The notes: generated by a model from the sequence alone, not told the origin. DNA of 64,000 nt from Klebsiella pneumoniae (GCA_945860725.1 CAMAQZ010000001.1:17665-81664); one strand, 5' to 3'; shown: positions 42,430-52,903, counted from the stretch's first letter. Program-made: numbers and translations.

Positions 42430-42459
42430 TATATACACGCGATTGTAAAAAACAAGCAA
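42430..42459 (-). promoter_or_regulatory. Candidate sigma70 promoter for the mini-ORF
   Basis: Minus strand TTGCTT - 18 nt - TATATA, just downstream of the EVE gene stop. Confidence 0.45.
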
Positions 42460-42463
42460 TCGG

Positions 42464-42928
42464 TCAGAGGAGAGAAAGGGTGAAGCGCCAGTGCGCTGCA
42501 TCGACAGGCGTGATGGAGAGCCGGTTGCCGCGCTGCAGCACGCGCAATCCATGCAGCTTGTCCTGCTCGTGCGCACGCAGCTCATCAAGCGTTATCACAC
42601 GGAAAAAACGCTGTTCGAGGCGCACATCGACCTGATACCAGCGCGGTGTATCGAGGCTCGCTGCCGGGTCGTGGTGCGGATGCTTCGGGTCGAGCGCCGT
42701 CGCATCGGGGTAGCCCGCCTTCACGATCTTGATCACGCCCGCGATGCCGGGTTCCGGACAACTCGAGTGGTAGAAGAACGCGAGATCGCCCACTGCGAAC
42801 TCGTCGCGCAGCATGTTGCGCACCTGATAGTTGCGCACGCCGTCCCAGCCGCTGGTGCGCCGCGGCGCTTTCGCAAGATCGTCGATGCCGAACACCGAGG
42901 GCTCGCTCTTCATCAGCCAATGCTTCAT
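42464..42928 (-). CDS. EVE (PUA-like, DUF55) domain protein
   Basis: MKHWLMKSEPSVFGIDDL..WDGVRNYQVRNMLRDEFAVGDLAFFYHS.. is the typical EVE/Thy28-like sequence. 154 aa, with the start re-picked inside track ORF 42464..43309. Confidence 0.88.
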   Translation of the reverse strand: MKHWLMKSEPSVFGIDDLAKAPRRTSGWDGVRNYQVRNMLRDEFAVGDLAFFYHSSCPEPGIAGVIKIVKAGYPDATALDPKHPHHDPAASLDTPRWYQVDVRLEQRFFRVITLDELRAHEQDKLHGLRVLQRGNRLSITPVDAAHWRFTLSLL

Positions 42929-43581
42929 CGAGTTGCTCCGGATAGGGAAAAAAAGCCGTTTTCGGTCACCACGGCATCGAGCGGGATATCGGTGGGCAGC
43001 GTCGGCAAGGCGGCCGTCCGTTGGCAGGAGTGCGCCACGCCGATGAGTTGCGGGCCGCGCCAGTGGTCGCGCCAGGCGCGGAAGGCGAGTGCACGGTCGT
43101 AGAACCCCGCTCCCGACCCGAGGCGGTTCCCTTCGTCGTCGAAGCCGACCAAGGGCAGCAACACGATATGCAGCCAGCGTGCGTCGATCCGTTCGCGGCT
43201 GTCGGGTTCCGGGATCCCGAAGGCGCCGCGGCGTCTGGTGGCGGCTGCGGGCGAGAAGGTCATGCGACCGAGACGCGGGGCGGTGACGCGCGGCAGGTAG
43301 ACGCTGCACTGCGCATCGATCGCGCGGGCCAGGAAATCTGCGATGCCGATCTCGCTGCGCACCGCGAGGTAGCCGGCGATGCGCGTGCGTGGGGAGAGCG
43401 ATCCGGTGCCGCGCAGATGAACGATGAGGTGGCGGGAGATGGCCCGCTCGGCACGGCGGCGTTCCTCGGGCGGGAGGGCCGCGCGTGCCGCGCGCGCTTT
43501 ACGCCGTAGTCCGCGCCGCAGTTCGCTGCGGAGCGTTGCCGGGTCGCTGGCCGTCAAGGCTTGCGCCACGAGTTCCACCAT
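42925..43581 (-). CDS. ygfA: 5-formyltetrahydrofolate cyclo-ligase
   Basis: ..LPLVGFDDEGNRLGSGAGFYDRAL.. Start chosen at MVELV.. because GGAGA precedes it. The in-frame ATG at 43626 is an alternative. Confidence 0.82.
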   Translation of the reverse strand: MVELVAQALTASDPATLRSELRRGLRRKARAARAALPPEERRRAERAISRHLIVHLRGTGSLSPRTRIAGYLAVRSEIGIADFLARAIDAQCSVYLPRVTAPRLGRMTFSPAAATRRRGAFGIPEPDSRERIDARWLHIVLLPLVGFDDEGNRLGSGAGFYDRALAFRAWRDHWRGPQLIGVAHSCQRTAALPTLPTDIPLDAVVTENGFFSLSGATR

Positions 43582-43644
43582 GGAATCTCCATGCCAGAGA
43601 GCGGGGCTAGAGCGGGCGCGCCGCATCGCAGCGCGCCGAGGATC

Positions 43645-43843
43645 GAGACGTCACCCGCCTGTGCCGGTGTGGACCGTTGCTCTCGACATAGAGCAACAAG
43701 TGGGGCGGCCTGCGCCAGGTAAGGCTTTCCGCTCGAGGCGGACTTGCACAGTGCTGGCGACAAGGCCTGATGCCCCTGGGCGTTCCAACTTAGGGTCGAG
43801 AGGCAGTACCCGATCCACTGTCGAACACTGCAGGTGACGCCTA
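43645..43843 (-). ncRNA. ssrS: 6S RNA
   Basis: Located between zapA and ygfA as in E. coli. The minus-strand sequence has the closing stem GCGUCACCUGC...GCAGGCGGGUGACG, and the GUGUUCG and GAAAGCCUUA blocks resemble E. coli 6S (from memory). The ends are approximate. Confidence 0.75.
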
Positions 43844-43919
43844 GATACTCTACACCAGCCGAAGCGGTCGTTGTATCGCCTGCGGATCCGGTCGGTCGAG
43901 GATGACGGTGGCGCCCCGC

Positions 43920-44267
43920 TCAGAGGTCGAGCTGTTGGCTGCGGGCGACGGCACCGTCGATGCGTTCGCGCAGGGCGCGCACCCGACCGCCCAGTTCGCT
44001 CTCCAGCTGCTGCTCGCGCGATTGCAGCCGCAGCAGTTCATTGGTGAGGTTCAGGGCGGCGATGACGGCGATACGGTCGATCCCGACCACCTTGCCGCTG
44101 TCGCGGACCTCGCGCATCTTCGTATCGAGGTACTGCGCCGAGTCGAGCAGCGCGGAGCGCTGTTCGTAGGGGCAGGCGATCATGAACTCCTTGTCGAGTA
44201 TGCGGACGCTGACCCGCGCGAGTTCCTTGTCGGTGTCCTTGTCGGTGTCCTTGTCGTGGGTGCTCAT
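43920..44267 (-). CDS. zapA: Cell division protein ZapA
   Basis: VSVRILDKEFMIACPYEQRSALLDSAQYLDTKMREV..IDRIAVIAALNLTNELL. Confidence 0.9.
   Translation of the reverse strand: MSTHDKDTDKDTDKELARVSVRILDKEFMIACPYEQRSALLDSAQYLDTKMREVRDSGKVVGIDRIAVIAALNLTNELLRLQSREQQLESELGGRVRALRERIDGAVARSQQLDL
44225..44258. repeat. In-frame 12-bp tandem repeat (CCTTGTCGGTGT x2.8) encoding the DKDTDKDTDKE at the ZapA N-terminus
   Basis: Read directly. Confidence 0.8.
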
Positions 44268-44494
44268 GAGCCATGCTCCAGCGTCTTCAGGCGGCCGATC
44301 ATCGCTTCGACCCGGGTGCGCACCTGCTCATTGCGCTGCATGAGGCTTGCCCGCTCGGTGGAGAGATGGTCCTGCCGATGGCGCAATGCGCGGTTCTCTT
44401 CGCGCAGGGCGCCGAGGGCTGCGAGCAGGTCGTCCACCTGCTTCTCGAGGCGGCGCAGTTCAGCGTCGAGGCCCGTACGATCGTTCATGTGCAT
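44264..44494 (-). CDS. ZapB-like coiled-coil protein (TIGR02449-type)
   Basis: 76 aa with heptad-rich LEKQVDDLLAALGALREENRALRHRQDHLSTERASLMQRNEQVRTRVEAMIGRL. ATGA overlap with zapA. Confidence 0.7.
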   Translation of the reverse strand: MHMNDRTGLDAELRRLEKQVDDLLAALGALREENRALRHRQDHLSTERASLMQRNEQVRTRVEAMIGRLKTLEHGS

Positions 44495-44606
44495 CCCATC
44501 GGCGTGTTCGGGTGGGTGAATGGTGGAAGTATAGGGGAAAAAAAACTGCAAGGACCCTCCCCGGGCAGGCCCTGCAAGCGTGGGTCCTTGAGGCATAATT
44601 CCACCC

Positions 44607-45173
44607 ATGTCACCGCTGCCGTTCCATGAACTGGCCCTGACCCTGCAGCAGGCCCGCGCACTGGCCGATCTGCCCGAGGCCCACGGGACGCTGGTCGGGG
44701 CGCTCTGTGCCGGTCAGGGTTTCACCTTAGAGCATTGGCTGCGGGAGATATTCCCCGAGGCTAAGCCAGGGATCGCTGCCGCGGGCATGCAATCGTTGTT
44801 CGATTGGACCCGCTCATCTTTGGCGGCCAGCGAACTGCTCGAGCCGTTGCTGCCCGCCGATGATGCGCCGATCGGGGAGCGCGCCCAAGCGCTCGGCGAG
44901 TGGTGTCAGGGTTTCCTGTACGGTCTCGGTACGAGCACGCTGCCCGATCCTGAACATCTGCCGGAATCCGTGGCGGAGGTCGTGCGCGACCTGACGGCCA
45001 TCACCCGGGTCGATGCCGACCCGGACGAGTCGGAAGAGGAGAACGAACAGGCCTACGCCGAACTCGTGGAATTCGTGCGGGTCGCGGTGCAGTTGCTGCA
45101 CGAAGAACTGGCGCCTTTCCGCGAGGGTCCGGAGCGGCCCCGATCCGATGTCCCCCCCGCCGCGATCCACTGA
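44607..45173 (+). CDS. ygfB: UPF0149 family protein YgfB
   Basis: Position upstream of pepP-ubiH as in E. coli and Pseudomonas. ..LPEAHGTLVGALCAG.. and ..GEWCQGFLYGLG. Confidence 0.8.
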   Translation: MSPLPFHELALTLQQARALADLPEAHGTLVGALCAGQGFTLEHWLREIFPEAKPGIAAAGMQSLFDWTRSSLAASELLEPLLPADDAPIGERAQALGEWCQGFLYGLGTSTLPDPEHLPESVAEVVRDLTAITRVDADPDESEEENEQAYAELVEFVRVAVQLLHEELAPFREGPERPRSDVPPAAIH

Positions 45174-46590
45174 ACCGCCCGCGCCGATCGGCCGCGAGGA
45201 ATACGCCCGCCGCCGGCGTGCGCTGATGCGCGAGATGGGACGCGACACCATCGCCATCATCGCCGCGGCGCCCGTGCATCTGCGCAACAACGACGTCGAG
45301 TACGCCTACCGGCAGGACAGCAACTTCCACTACCTCACCGGTTTCGCCGAACCGGAGTCGGTCGCGGTGTTGGTGCCGGGGCGACCGCAAGGCGAGTACC
45401 TGTTGTTCGTGCGAGACCGTGATCCTGCACGCGAGACCTGGGACGGCCGGCGTGCCGGCCCTACCGGTGCGCGCCGCCGGTTCGGCGCCGATGACGCCTT
45501 CCCGATCGCCGACATCGACGACATCCTCCCCGGTCTCATGGAGAACCGCGCCCGGGTGTTCTACACCGTCGGGGTCAACCGGGACTTCGATCAGCGCGTG
45601 GTCGGTTGGGTCAACGGACTGCGCGCGCTGGCCAAGCAGGGTCGCCATGCGCCGCATGAGATCGTCGCACTCGAGCACCCGCTACACGAGATGCGGCTCT
45701 ACAAGAGCCGAGCCGAGATCGCGCAGATGCGTCATTCGGCCACCATCGCCTGTGCGGCCCATCGGCGGGCCATGCGACATTGCCGGCCGGACATGTTCGA
45801 GTACGAGATCGCCGCCGAGATCCGTCACGAGTTCAACCGCTCCGATGCGGACATCTCCTACCTGCCGATCGTCGGTGGCGGTGCCAACGGCTGCATCCTC
45901 CACTACCGTGAGAACGAATCGCCGCTGCGAGACGGTGACCTGCTGCTGATCGACGCCGGCTGCGAGTACCGCAGCTATGCCTCCGACATCACGCGCACCT
46001 TCCCCGTGAACGGCCGGTTCACTGATATCCAGCGTGCGGCGTACGCAGTGGTGCTCGAGGCCAATCTCGCCGCCATCGACGCCGTACGACCGCGCGTGCC
46101 CTGGAATCGCCCGCATGAGGTGGCTGTCCAGGTGTTAACCGCCGGCATGGTGAAGCTCGGCTTGCTGCAAGGCCGGGTGCCGACGCTCATCAAGTCCGAG
46201 GCCTATCGTCGCTACTACATGCACAAGACCGGTCATTGGCTCGGCATGGATGTGCACGACGTCGGTGATTACAAGACGGGCGATGTCTGGCGGGACCTCG
46301 AGCCGGGCATGGTGCTCACCATCGAGCCAGGACTCTATGTCGCGCCTGGCGCGCGCGAGGCGCCGCCGGAACTGCGCGGTCTCGGTATCCGGATCGAGGA
46401 CGATGTGCTCGTGACCCGTGAGGGTTGCGAAGTGCTCACCGACCGCGTACCCAAAGATCCGTCTGCGATCGAGACCCTGATGGCCGAGGGTCGCACCGTC
46501 CCCGCAGCGGTGTCCGCCGTCACGACGGCGCAAGGGGCGTCGACGATCGTCCGTTCAGCCCCCCGCAAGGGTCGGCGGGGGACGCGATGA
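45148..46590 (+). CDS. pepP: Xaa-Pro aminopeptidase
   Basis: YRQDSNFHYLTGF, DAGCEYRSYASDITRTFPVNG, HKTGHWLGMDVHDVG and IRIEDDVLVT. Confidence 0.93.
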   Translation: MSPPPRSTEPPAPIGREEYARRRRALMREMGRDTIAIIAAAPVHLRNNDVEYAYRQDSNFHYLTGFAEPESVAVLVPGRPQGEYLLFVRDRDPARETWDGRRAGPTGARRRFGADDAFPIADIDDILPGLMENRARVFYTVGVNRDFDQRVVGWVNGLRALAKQGRHAPHEIVALEHPLHEMRLYKSRAEIAQMRHSATIACAAHRRAMRHCRPDMFEYEIAAEIRHEFNRSDADISYLPIVGGGANGCILHYRENESPLRDGDLLLIDAGCEYRSYASDITRTFPVNGRFTDIQRAAYAVVLEANLAAIDAVRPRVPWNRPHEVAVQVLTAGMVKLGLLQGRVPTLIKSEAYRRYYMHKTGHWLGMDVHDVGDYKTGDVWRDLEPGMVLTIEPGLYVAPGAREAPPELRGLGIRIEDDVLVTREGCEVLTDRVPKDPSAIETLMAEGRTVPAAVSAVTTAQGASTIVRSAPRKGRRGTR

Positions 46591-47846
46591 GCGACCGCGG
46601 CAGTGGCGCTGCTGCGGTCGAAGTCGATGTCGCGATCGTCGGCGGGGGACTGGTGGGTGCGAGTCTCACCGCCGCTCTCGGCGCGAGCGGCCTGAAGGTT
46701 GCGCTGATCGAGGGCGCCGCCGCCGATGCCGCATGCCAACCGAGTTTCGACGATCGCACCACTGCACTCGGCAATGGTTCGCGGCGCATCTTCGAGTCTC
46801 TCGGCCTATGGGAGGCGATCGGACCGTCCTCCGCGCCGATCCGCCGTATCCATGTCTCCGACGCCGGCCGTTATGGCTTTGCTCGGCTCGATGCGCAGGC
46901 GCTCGAGCTCGATGCGTTCGGTTTCGTCGTCACCAACCGCGTGCTCGGCGGTGCGCTACGGGCGCGGCTCGCGGCCTTGCCCGCGCTCGAATCGCGGATG
47001 CCGGCCCGCTGCACCGCCGTGACGATCCATGAGGATTGCGTCGAGCTGCACACCGACCCCGGCGGCTTGCCGCTGCGCGCGCGGCTCGCTGTGGCGGCTG
47101 ATGGCGCTGGTTCGCAGTTGCGCGCTGCTGCCGGGCTCGCGGCGAGCGAGGAGGACTATGGGCAGGTCGCCGTGGTGGCGCATGTGCTCGCCGCGCAGCC
47201 GGCCGAGGGCACGGCCTACGAGCGCTTCACGCCACAAGGGCCTTTTGCGGTGCTGCCGATGGTGGGCGGCGCTTGGGGGGTCGTGTGGACCTTGGCGCCG
47301 GCGGACGCACAGCGTGTGCTCGCGCTGCCGGATGCGCAGTATCTTGCCGCTTTGCAGCAGGCCTTCGGTTGGCGGGTCGGTCGTTTCCTGCGGGTGGGCA
47401 CTCGCAGCGCTTATCCGCTGAAGCTGGTGCGTGCGGCGCAGGTGACAGGCCAGCGAGTGGCCTTGGTCGGCAACGCGGCGCAGGGGCTGCATCCGGTCGC
47501 AGGGCAGGGGTTCAACCTCGGGCTGCGCGATGCGGCGACGCTTGCCGAGCTCCTGATCGCGGCGCGGGGGGACGGCACAGCCGCCGCCGACCCCGGTGCG
47601 CCTGCATTGCTCGCTGAGTACGCTGCACGGCGTGCTGCCGACCGCGACGGCATGGTGCGTTTCACCGATGGCCTCGTGAAGCTGTTCGGCGACCAGCGGC
47701 CCGGGGTGCCGTGGCTGCGCGACCTCGGTCTTTTGATGTTCGATCTCTCGCCGACCGCCAAGCGCGCCATGTCGCGGCTCAGTTGGGGTTTCGGCGATCG
47801 CGCGCCGCGTCTCGTGTCTGGTTCGAGCCCGGTGGCGGGCCCATGA
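46587..47846 (+). CDS. ubiH: FAD-dependent ubiquinone-biosynthesis hydroxylase (UbiH type)
   Basis: DVAIVGGGLVGASL FAD fingerprint, GNAAQGLHPVAGQGFNLGLRD. ATGA overlap with pepP. Confidence 0.85.
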   Translation: MSDRGSGAAAVEVDVAIVGGGLVGASLTAALGASGLKVALIEGAAADAACQPSFDDRTTALGNGSRRIFESLGLWEAIGPSSAPIRRIHVSDAGRYGFARLDAQALELDAFGFVVTNRVLGGALRARLAALPALESRMPARCTAVTIHEDCVELHTDPGGLPLRARLAVAADGAGSQLRAAAGLAASEEDYGQVAVVAHVLAAQPAEGTAYERFTPQGPFAVLPMVGGAWGVVWTLAPADAQRVLALPDAQYLAALQQAFGWRVGRFLRVGTRSAYPLKLVRAAQVTGQRVALVGNAAQGLHPVAGQGFNLGLRDAATLAELLIAARGDGTAAADPGAPALLAEYAARRAADRDGMVRFTDGLVKLFGDQRPGVPWLRDLGLLMFDLSPTAKRAMSRLSWGFGDRAPRLVSGSSPVAGP

Positions 47847-47860
47847 ACGCGGGTCTGACC

Positions 47861-47912
47861 CTGCATGCAAGGTGTTGCCTGCATGAAGGTGTTGCCTGCA
47901 TGAAGGTGTTGT
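47861..47912. repeat. Imperfect tandem repeat, 17/18-bp unit CTGCATG(C)AAGGTGTTGC x3, filling the ubiH-ubiI spacer
   Basis: Read directly. Each unit carries ATG plus an AAGGTG Shine-Dalgarno-like string. Confidence 0.85.
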
Positions 47913-47913
47913 T

Positions 47914-49161
47914 ATGAGCCGCCGCGAGCTCGATGTCGCCATCGTCGGTGGCGGACCGGTCGGCGCGTTGCTCGGCGCGCTGCTCTGCCGCAGCGGCGGT
48001 ACGCGCCGCCGCGTGCTGCTTATCGAACCCCGTCTGCCGGAACCGATCGATGCGCCGATCGATCCGCAGGCGGATCTGCGCGTTGTCGCTTTGTCGGGCG
48101 CCAGTCAACGCGTGGTGCGTGCGGCCGGTGCTTGGGCGGCGCTTGAGGGTGTCCCTGAGCTGCTCAGCCCCTACGAGCGGATGCATGTGTGGCCGGGCAC
48201 GGAGTCGCCGCGGGGCGACGGATCGATCACCTTCGATGCCACGGAGCTCGGTGAACCCGATCTGGGCCACATCGTCCCCAACGCCCGCGTGCAGCGGGCA
48301 GCGCTCGACGCCTTTGTCGCCGCGGGTGGCGAGATCTGCAGTGAGCCTCTGCGATCGCTCACTTTCGAGGCGGGCGGCGTGACACTCGTCACTGACACCC
48401 ATCGCGTGGGCGCAGCGCTGGTCGTCGGCGCGGATGGGGGTCGTTCGGCGGTGCGCGAGGCGGCCGGTCTCGGCATCGAGTCGCAGGACTACGACCAGCA
48501 GGGTGTGGTGACGACGGTGCGCAGCGAACTGCCGCATGCGCGTACGGCCTGGCAGCGCTTCCTTGGGCACGGCACGCTCGCGTTGTTGCCGCTCGCGGAC
48601 GGCCGGTGCTCGATCGTATGGTCACTGCCGCGCCTCCGCGCCGAGGCCGTGGTCGCCTTGTCTGTGGAAGAGTTCGAGGCCGAACTCACGGCGGCAAGCG
48701 ACGGCGTGTTGGGTGCGTTGCGGCTCGCCGGGCCGCGCAGCCTCTTTCCGCTGCGCCGGGCGCTCGCACCCGCGTATGTGCGCGAGCGTTGCGCCTTGGT
48801 CGGTGATGCGGCGCACATCGTGCATCCGCTTGCAGGTCAGGGTCTAAACCTCGGGATCATGGACGCCGCCGCGCTCGCCGAGGTGTTGCAGGAGGCTGCG
48901 ACGCAGGGCGAGGACCCCGGCGCCTTGCGCGTGCTGCGTCGCTACGAGCGTTGGCGCAAGGGCGGCAATGAATCCATGTCCCTCGCGCTCGATCTGCTCA
49001 ACCGCTTCCTCGCCTTCGGCGACGGTCCAGTCGGTCGCATCGCCCAGCGTGGGCTCGGTCTCGTCGGCCGGCAAACGTTGCTGCGCCGTGGCTTCGCTCA
49101 GTTCGCGCTCGGCTCGGCGGGCGATCTTCCCGCGCTCGCCCGACGCCGCGGCTCAAACTAG
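47914..49161 (+). CDS. ubiI: FAD-dependent ubiquinone-biosynthesis hydroxylase (UbiI/VisC type)
   Basis: DVAIVGGGPVGALL, GDAAHIVHPLAGQGLNLGIMD. Position after ubiH. Confidence 0.82.
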   Translation: MSRRELDVAIVGGGPVGALLGALLCRSGGTRRRVLLIEPRLPEPIDAPIDPQADLRVVALSGASQRVVRAAGAWAALEGVPELLSPYERMHVWPGTESPRGDGSITFDATELGEPDLGHIVPNARVQRAALDAFVAAGGEICSEPLRSLTFEAGGVTLVTDTHRVGAALVVGADGGRSAVREAAGLGIESQDYDQQGVVTTVRSELPHARTAWQRFLGHGTLALLPLADGRCSIVWSLPRLRAEAVVALSVEEFEAELTAASDGVLGALRLAGPRSLFPLRRALAPAYVRERCALVGDAAHIVHPLAGQGLNLGIMDAAALAEVLQEAATQGEDPGALRVLRRYERWRKGGNESMSLALDLLNRFLAFGDGPVGRIAQRGLGLVGRQTLLRRGFAQFALGSAGDLPALARRRGSN

Positions 49162-49481
49162 CTGGTCGATCTTCGCTGCGCAGATGAAGTCGTTCTCGGT
49201 GAGACCGTTCACCGCATGGGTCATATAGCGTAACCGGCAGTATCCGTAGCCGATCGCGAGGTCCGGGTGATGGTCCTCCGAGTTGGCGACATGCGCGAGG
49301 GCGTTTACGAAACCCATCGTGCGATAGAAGTCCTTGAACGCGAAATCGCGCTGCAGCTCAGTGCCGTCGGGCGACAGGCGCCACTGCGCCGAGAGCTGCT
49401 CGAGCAGCCGCTCGCACTCGGCGCGCGGCAGAGGCGGCACGCCGCCCTCGCAGGGCACGCACTTCTTCTCGTTCAATCCGC

Positions 49482-49485
<4 letters not shown>
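49153..49485 (-). CDS. phhB: Pterin-4-alpha-carbinolamine dehydratase
   Basis: ..[49 protein letters not shown]. Confidence 0.9.
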
Positions 49486-50737
<1,252 letters not shown>

Positions 50738-50741
<4 letters not shown>

Positions 50742-52603
50742 TTGGCCTGCTCCGAGGTGGTCTGCTGGGCGACGATCCAGGCGCGCATGCGCGGTCCCAT
50801 GACATCGAGCGGCACGGCGCCGGTGGCGAGCAGCATGTCGTGGAAGGCGCGGATATCGAAACGCGGTCCGAGTGTGGTCTCGGCCTCGCGCCGCAGGGCC
50901 GAGATGCGCAGCTGGCCGATCTTGTAGGCCAGGGCTTGTCCGGGCCAGGCGATGTAGCGGTCGATCTCGTTGACGATATCCGCCTCGGTCTTGGCGGCGT
51001 TGTCCTTGAAGTAGTCGACGGCCTGCTGGCGGGTCCAGCCCTTGGCGTGCAGACCGGTGTCCACCACGAGTCGCACCGCGCGCCACATGTCGTAGGTCAG
51101 CTGTCCGAACTTGGAGTACGGGTCTTGGTAGAGCCCGAGCTCCTCGCCGAGGCTCTCCGAATAGAGTGCCCAGCCCTCGACATAGGCCGTGTAGCCGGCG
51201 TTACGGCGGAACTGCGGCATCGAGGCCTGCTCGAGCGCGAGCGCGATCTGTAGATGGTGGCCGGGCACCGCCTCATGCACCGACAGCACCTCCATCTCGT
51301 ACTTGGGGCGCACCTCTGGCCGGTAGAGGTTCACATAATAAAAGCCCGCCCGGCTGCCGTCGGCCGCCGGCGGTTGGTAGTAGGCGGTGGTGGTGTTGGG
51401 CGCGCTGGTCGCCGGGATTGCGCGCAGCCCGTAGGGCGTGCGGGGCAGCTTGCCGAAAAGCTTCACGAGACCTGGATCGATGCGCTTGGAGACCGCGAGG
51501 TAGGCGTCGAACAGTTCCTGCGACGTCTTATAGTAGAACTGCGGGTCGGTGCGCAGGAACACGAAGAATTCCTGCAGCGTGCCCCTGAAGCCCACCTGAT
51601 CCTTGATCTTGATCATCTCGGCGCGGATGCGTGCCACCTCGGCGAGTCCGATGGCGTGGATCTCCTCGGCGGTGAGCCCGGACAGGGTGGTGTGGTAGGC
51701 GATGCGTTCGCGGTAGTAGTCGGCACCCTGCGGCGTACCGGAGATGCCGACGCTCGCACGCGTGGCCGGCAGGTAGCGCTCGACGAACGCGGTCTGCAGG
51801 CGCCGATAGGCGGGCAGCACCGACGCTGCGATCGCTGCACGCCCTGCGGTCTCGAGCCGCGCGCGGTCGGCGGCGCCGATCCCGTCAGGGAAGCGCTGGA
51901 AGGGCGGGTAGAACGGGCTCTGCTCCGGTGCGTCGACGACCTGCAGCGCGAGTTGCGGCGGCAGGCGCTCCATGATCGCGCGCGGCTGCGTGCGAGCTTC
52001 GCGGACGGCTTCGTCGAGCAGCGCGATGTGCTGGTCTACCAGCGCTCCCACCCCCTGCAGACGCTTGATCCAATCCTCATAATCTTTGATCGATTGAAAG
52101 GGCAGTATCTCGGCTGTCTCGGAGAGGGTTTGGATGCCGCCCATATGATCGATCTGGTAAAGCCAAGGCTTGAAGGCGTGGGTCGCGAGACGCTGCTCGT
52201 ATTCGCGCGCGAACAGGTCGTAGTCGAGCTGCTCGGCGGGTGTCAGCCCCGCGCGCGGGATGGCGCGTAGCGCGCTGAGCGTGTCGCGGTCGTGCTGGTG
52301 GCGGCGTGCGAGTCCGGCGGCAGACAGGTCGGTCCAGCGGTCGTTGAAACGCGTGTCGCCGGTATAGGTCGCCATCATCGGGTTGTCGGCGAGCTCCTGC
52401 TGCCAAGCCGATTCGAACAAGGCATGCAAGCGTTCGCCAGCAGGACTTGGATCGGGGCCCGTGGCCGCCAGCGCCACAGCGCCATCGCTGAATGCACCGA
52501 GGAGGACGAGCAGTGCCGCCACGATCCCCGCGGACGCCTTGGAGCGGGACAGGACAGGGCGGCCCGGGGGGGCGGCCAAGAAAAAAAGCTTCGACAGGTT
52601 CAT
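50738..52603 (-). CDS. DUF885-family exported protein (metallopeptidase-like HExxxH-type motif)
   Basis: ..[18 protein letters not shown].., [13 protein letters not shown]-terminal hydrophobic segment. Start at Met39 of the track ORF, preceded by GGAGA. Confidence 0.8.
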
Positions 52604-52659
52604 CAGGGCGTTCTCCGTGTCACCGGTACTGATAATATCCCTCTTGTTCGTGTATTCCG

Positions 52660-52866
52660 ACCTCGCCGGAGAGATCTGCCCCGCCCTTGAGGTGGGTGGC
52701 AGACGCCGAAGGCGCAAGTTTCCGCCCGGAAACGCTCAGGCAAAAGAACGGCAGGTCGCAGGCGAATTCTGGAGAGCGGTGTCGTCGTCCCATCGGGAGG
52801 CGCCACCCACCGAAGGGGAGCGGTCCGCCGACGCGGTGGACCCGATCTCTCAGGTAAAAGGACAGA
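52660..52866 (+). promoter_or_regulatory. Tandem glycine riboswitch (two aptamers)
   Basis: Aptamer 1: GGAGAG..GCCGAAGGCGCAA..CTCAGGCAAAAGAAC. Aptamer 2: CTGGAGAG..ACCGAAGGGGAG..CTCTCAGGTAAAAGGAC. Upstream of gcvT, the classical context. Confidence 0.88.
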
Positions 52867-52871
52867 GGGGC

Positions 52872-52903
52872 GGCAGGGGGGGTAGCCTCCCTGCCGTTTT
52901 TTT
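52872..52903 (+). terminator. Intrinsic terminator serving as the riboswitch expression platform
   Basis: GGCAGGGGGG-GTAG-CCTCCCTGCC (10 bp, one G-U) then G plus T7. Confidence 0.85.

Noticed and set aside
42313-42588. 91-aa track ORF on the minus strand covering the mini-gene region.
   Set aside because: It is in a different frame from the Lys/Ala mini-ORF. It runs through the promoter-like element and the 3' end of the EVE gene and has no start-site signals. The 17-codon ORF with AGGAGA explains the region better.
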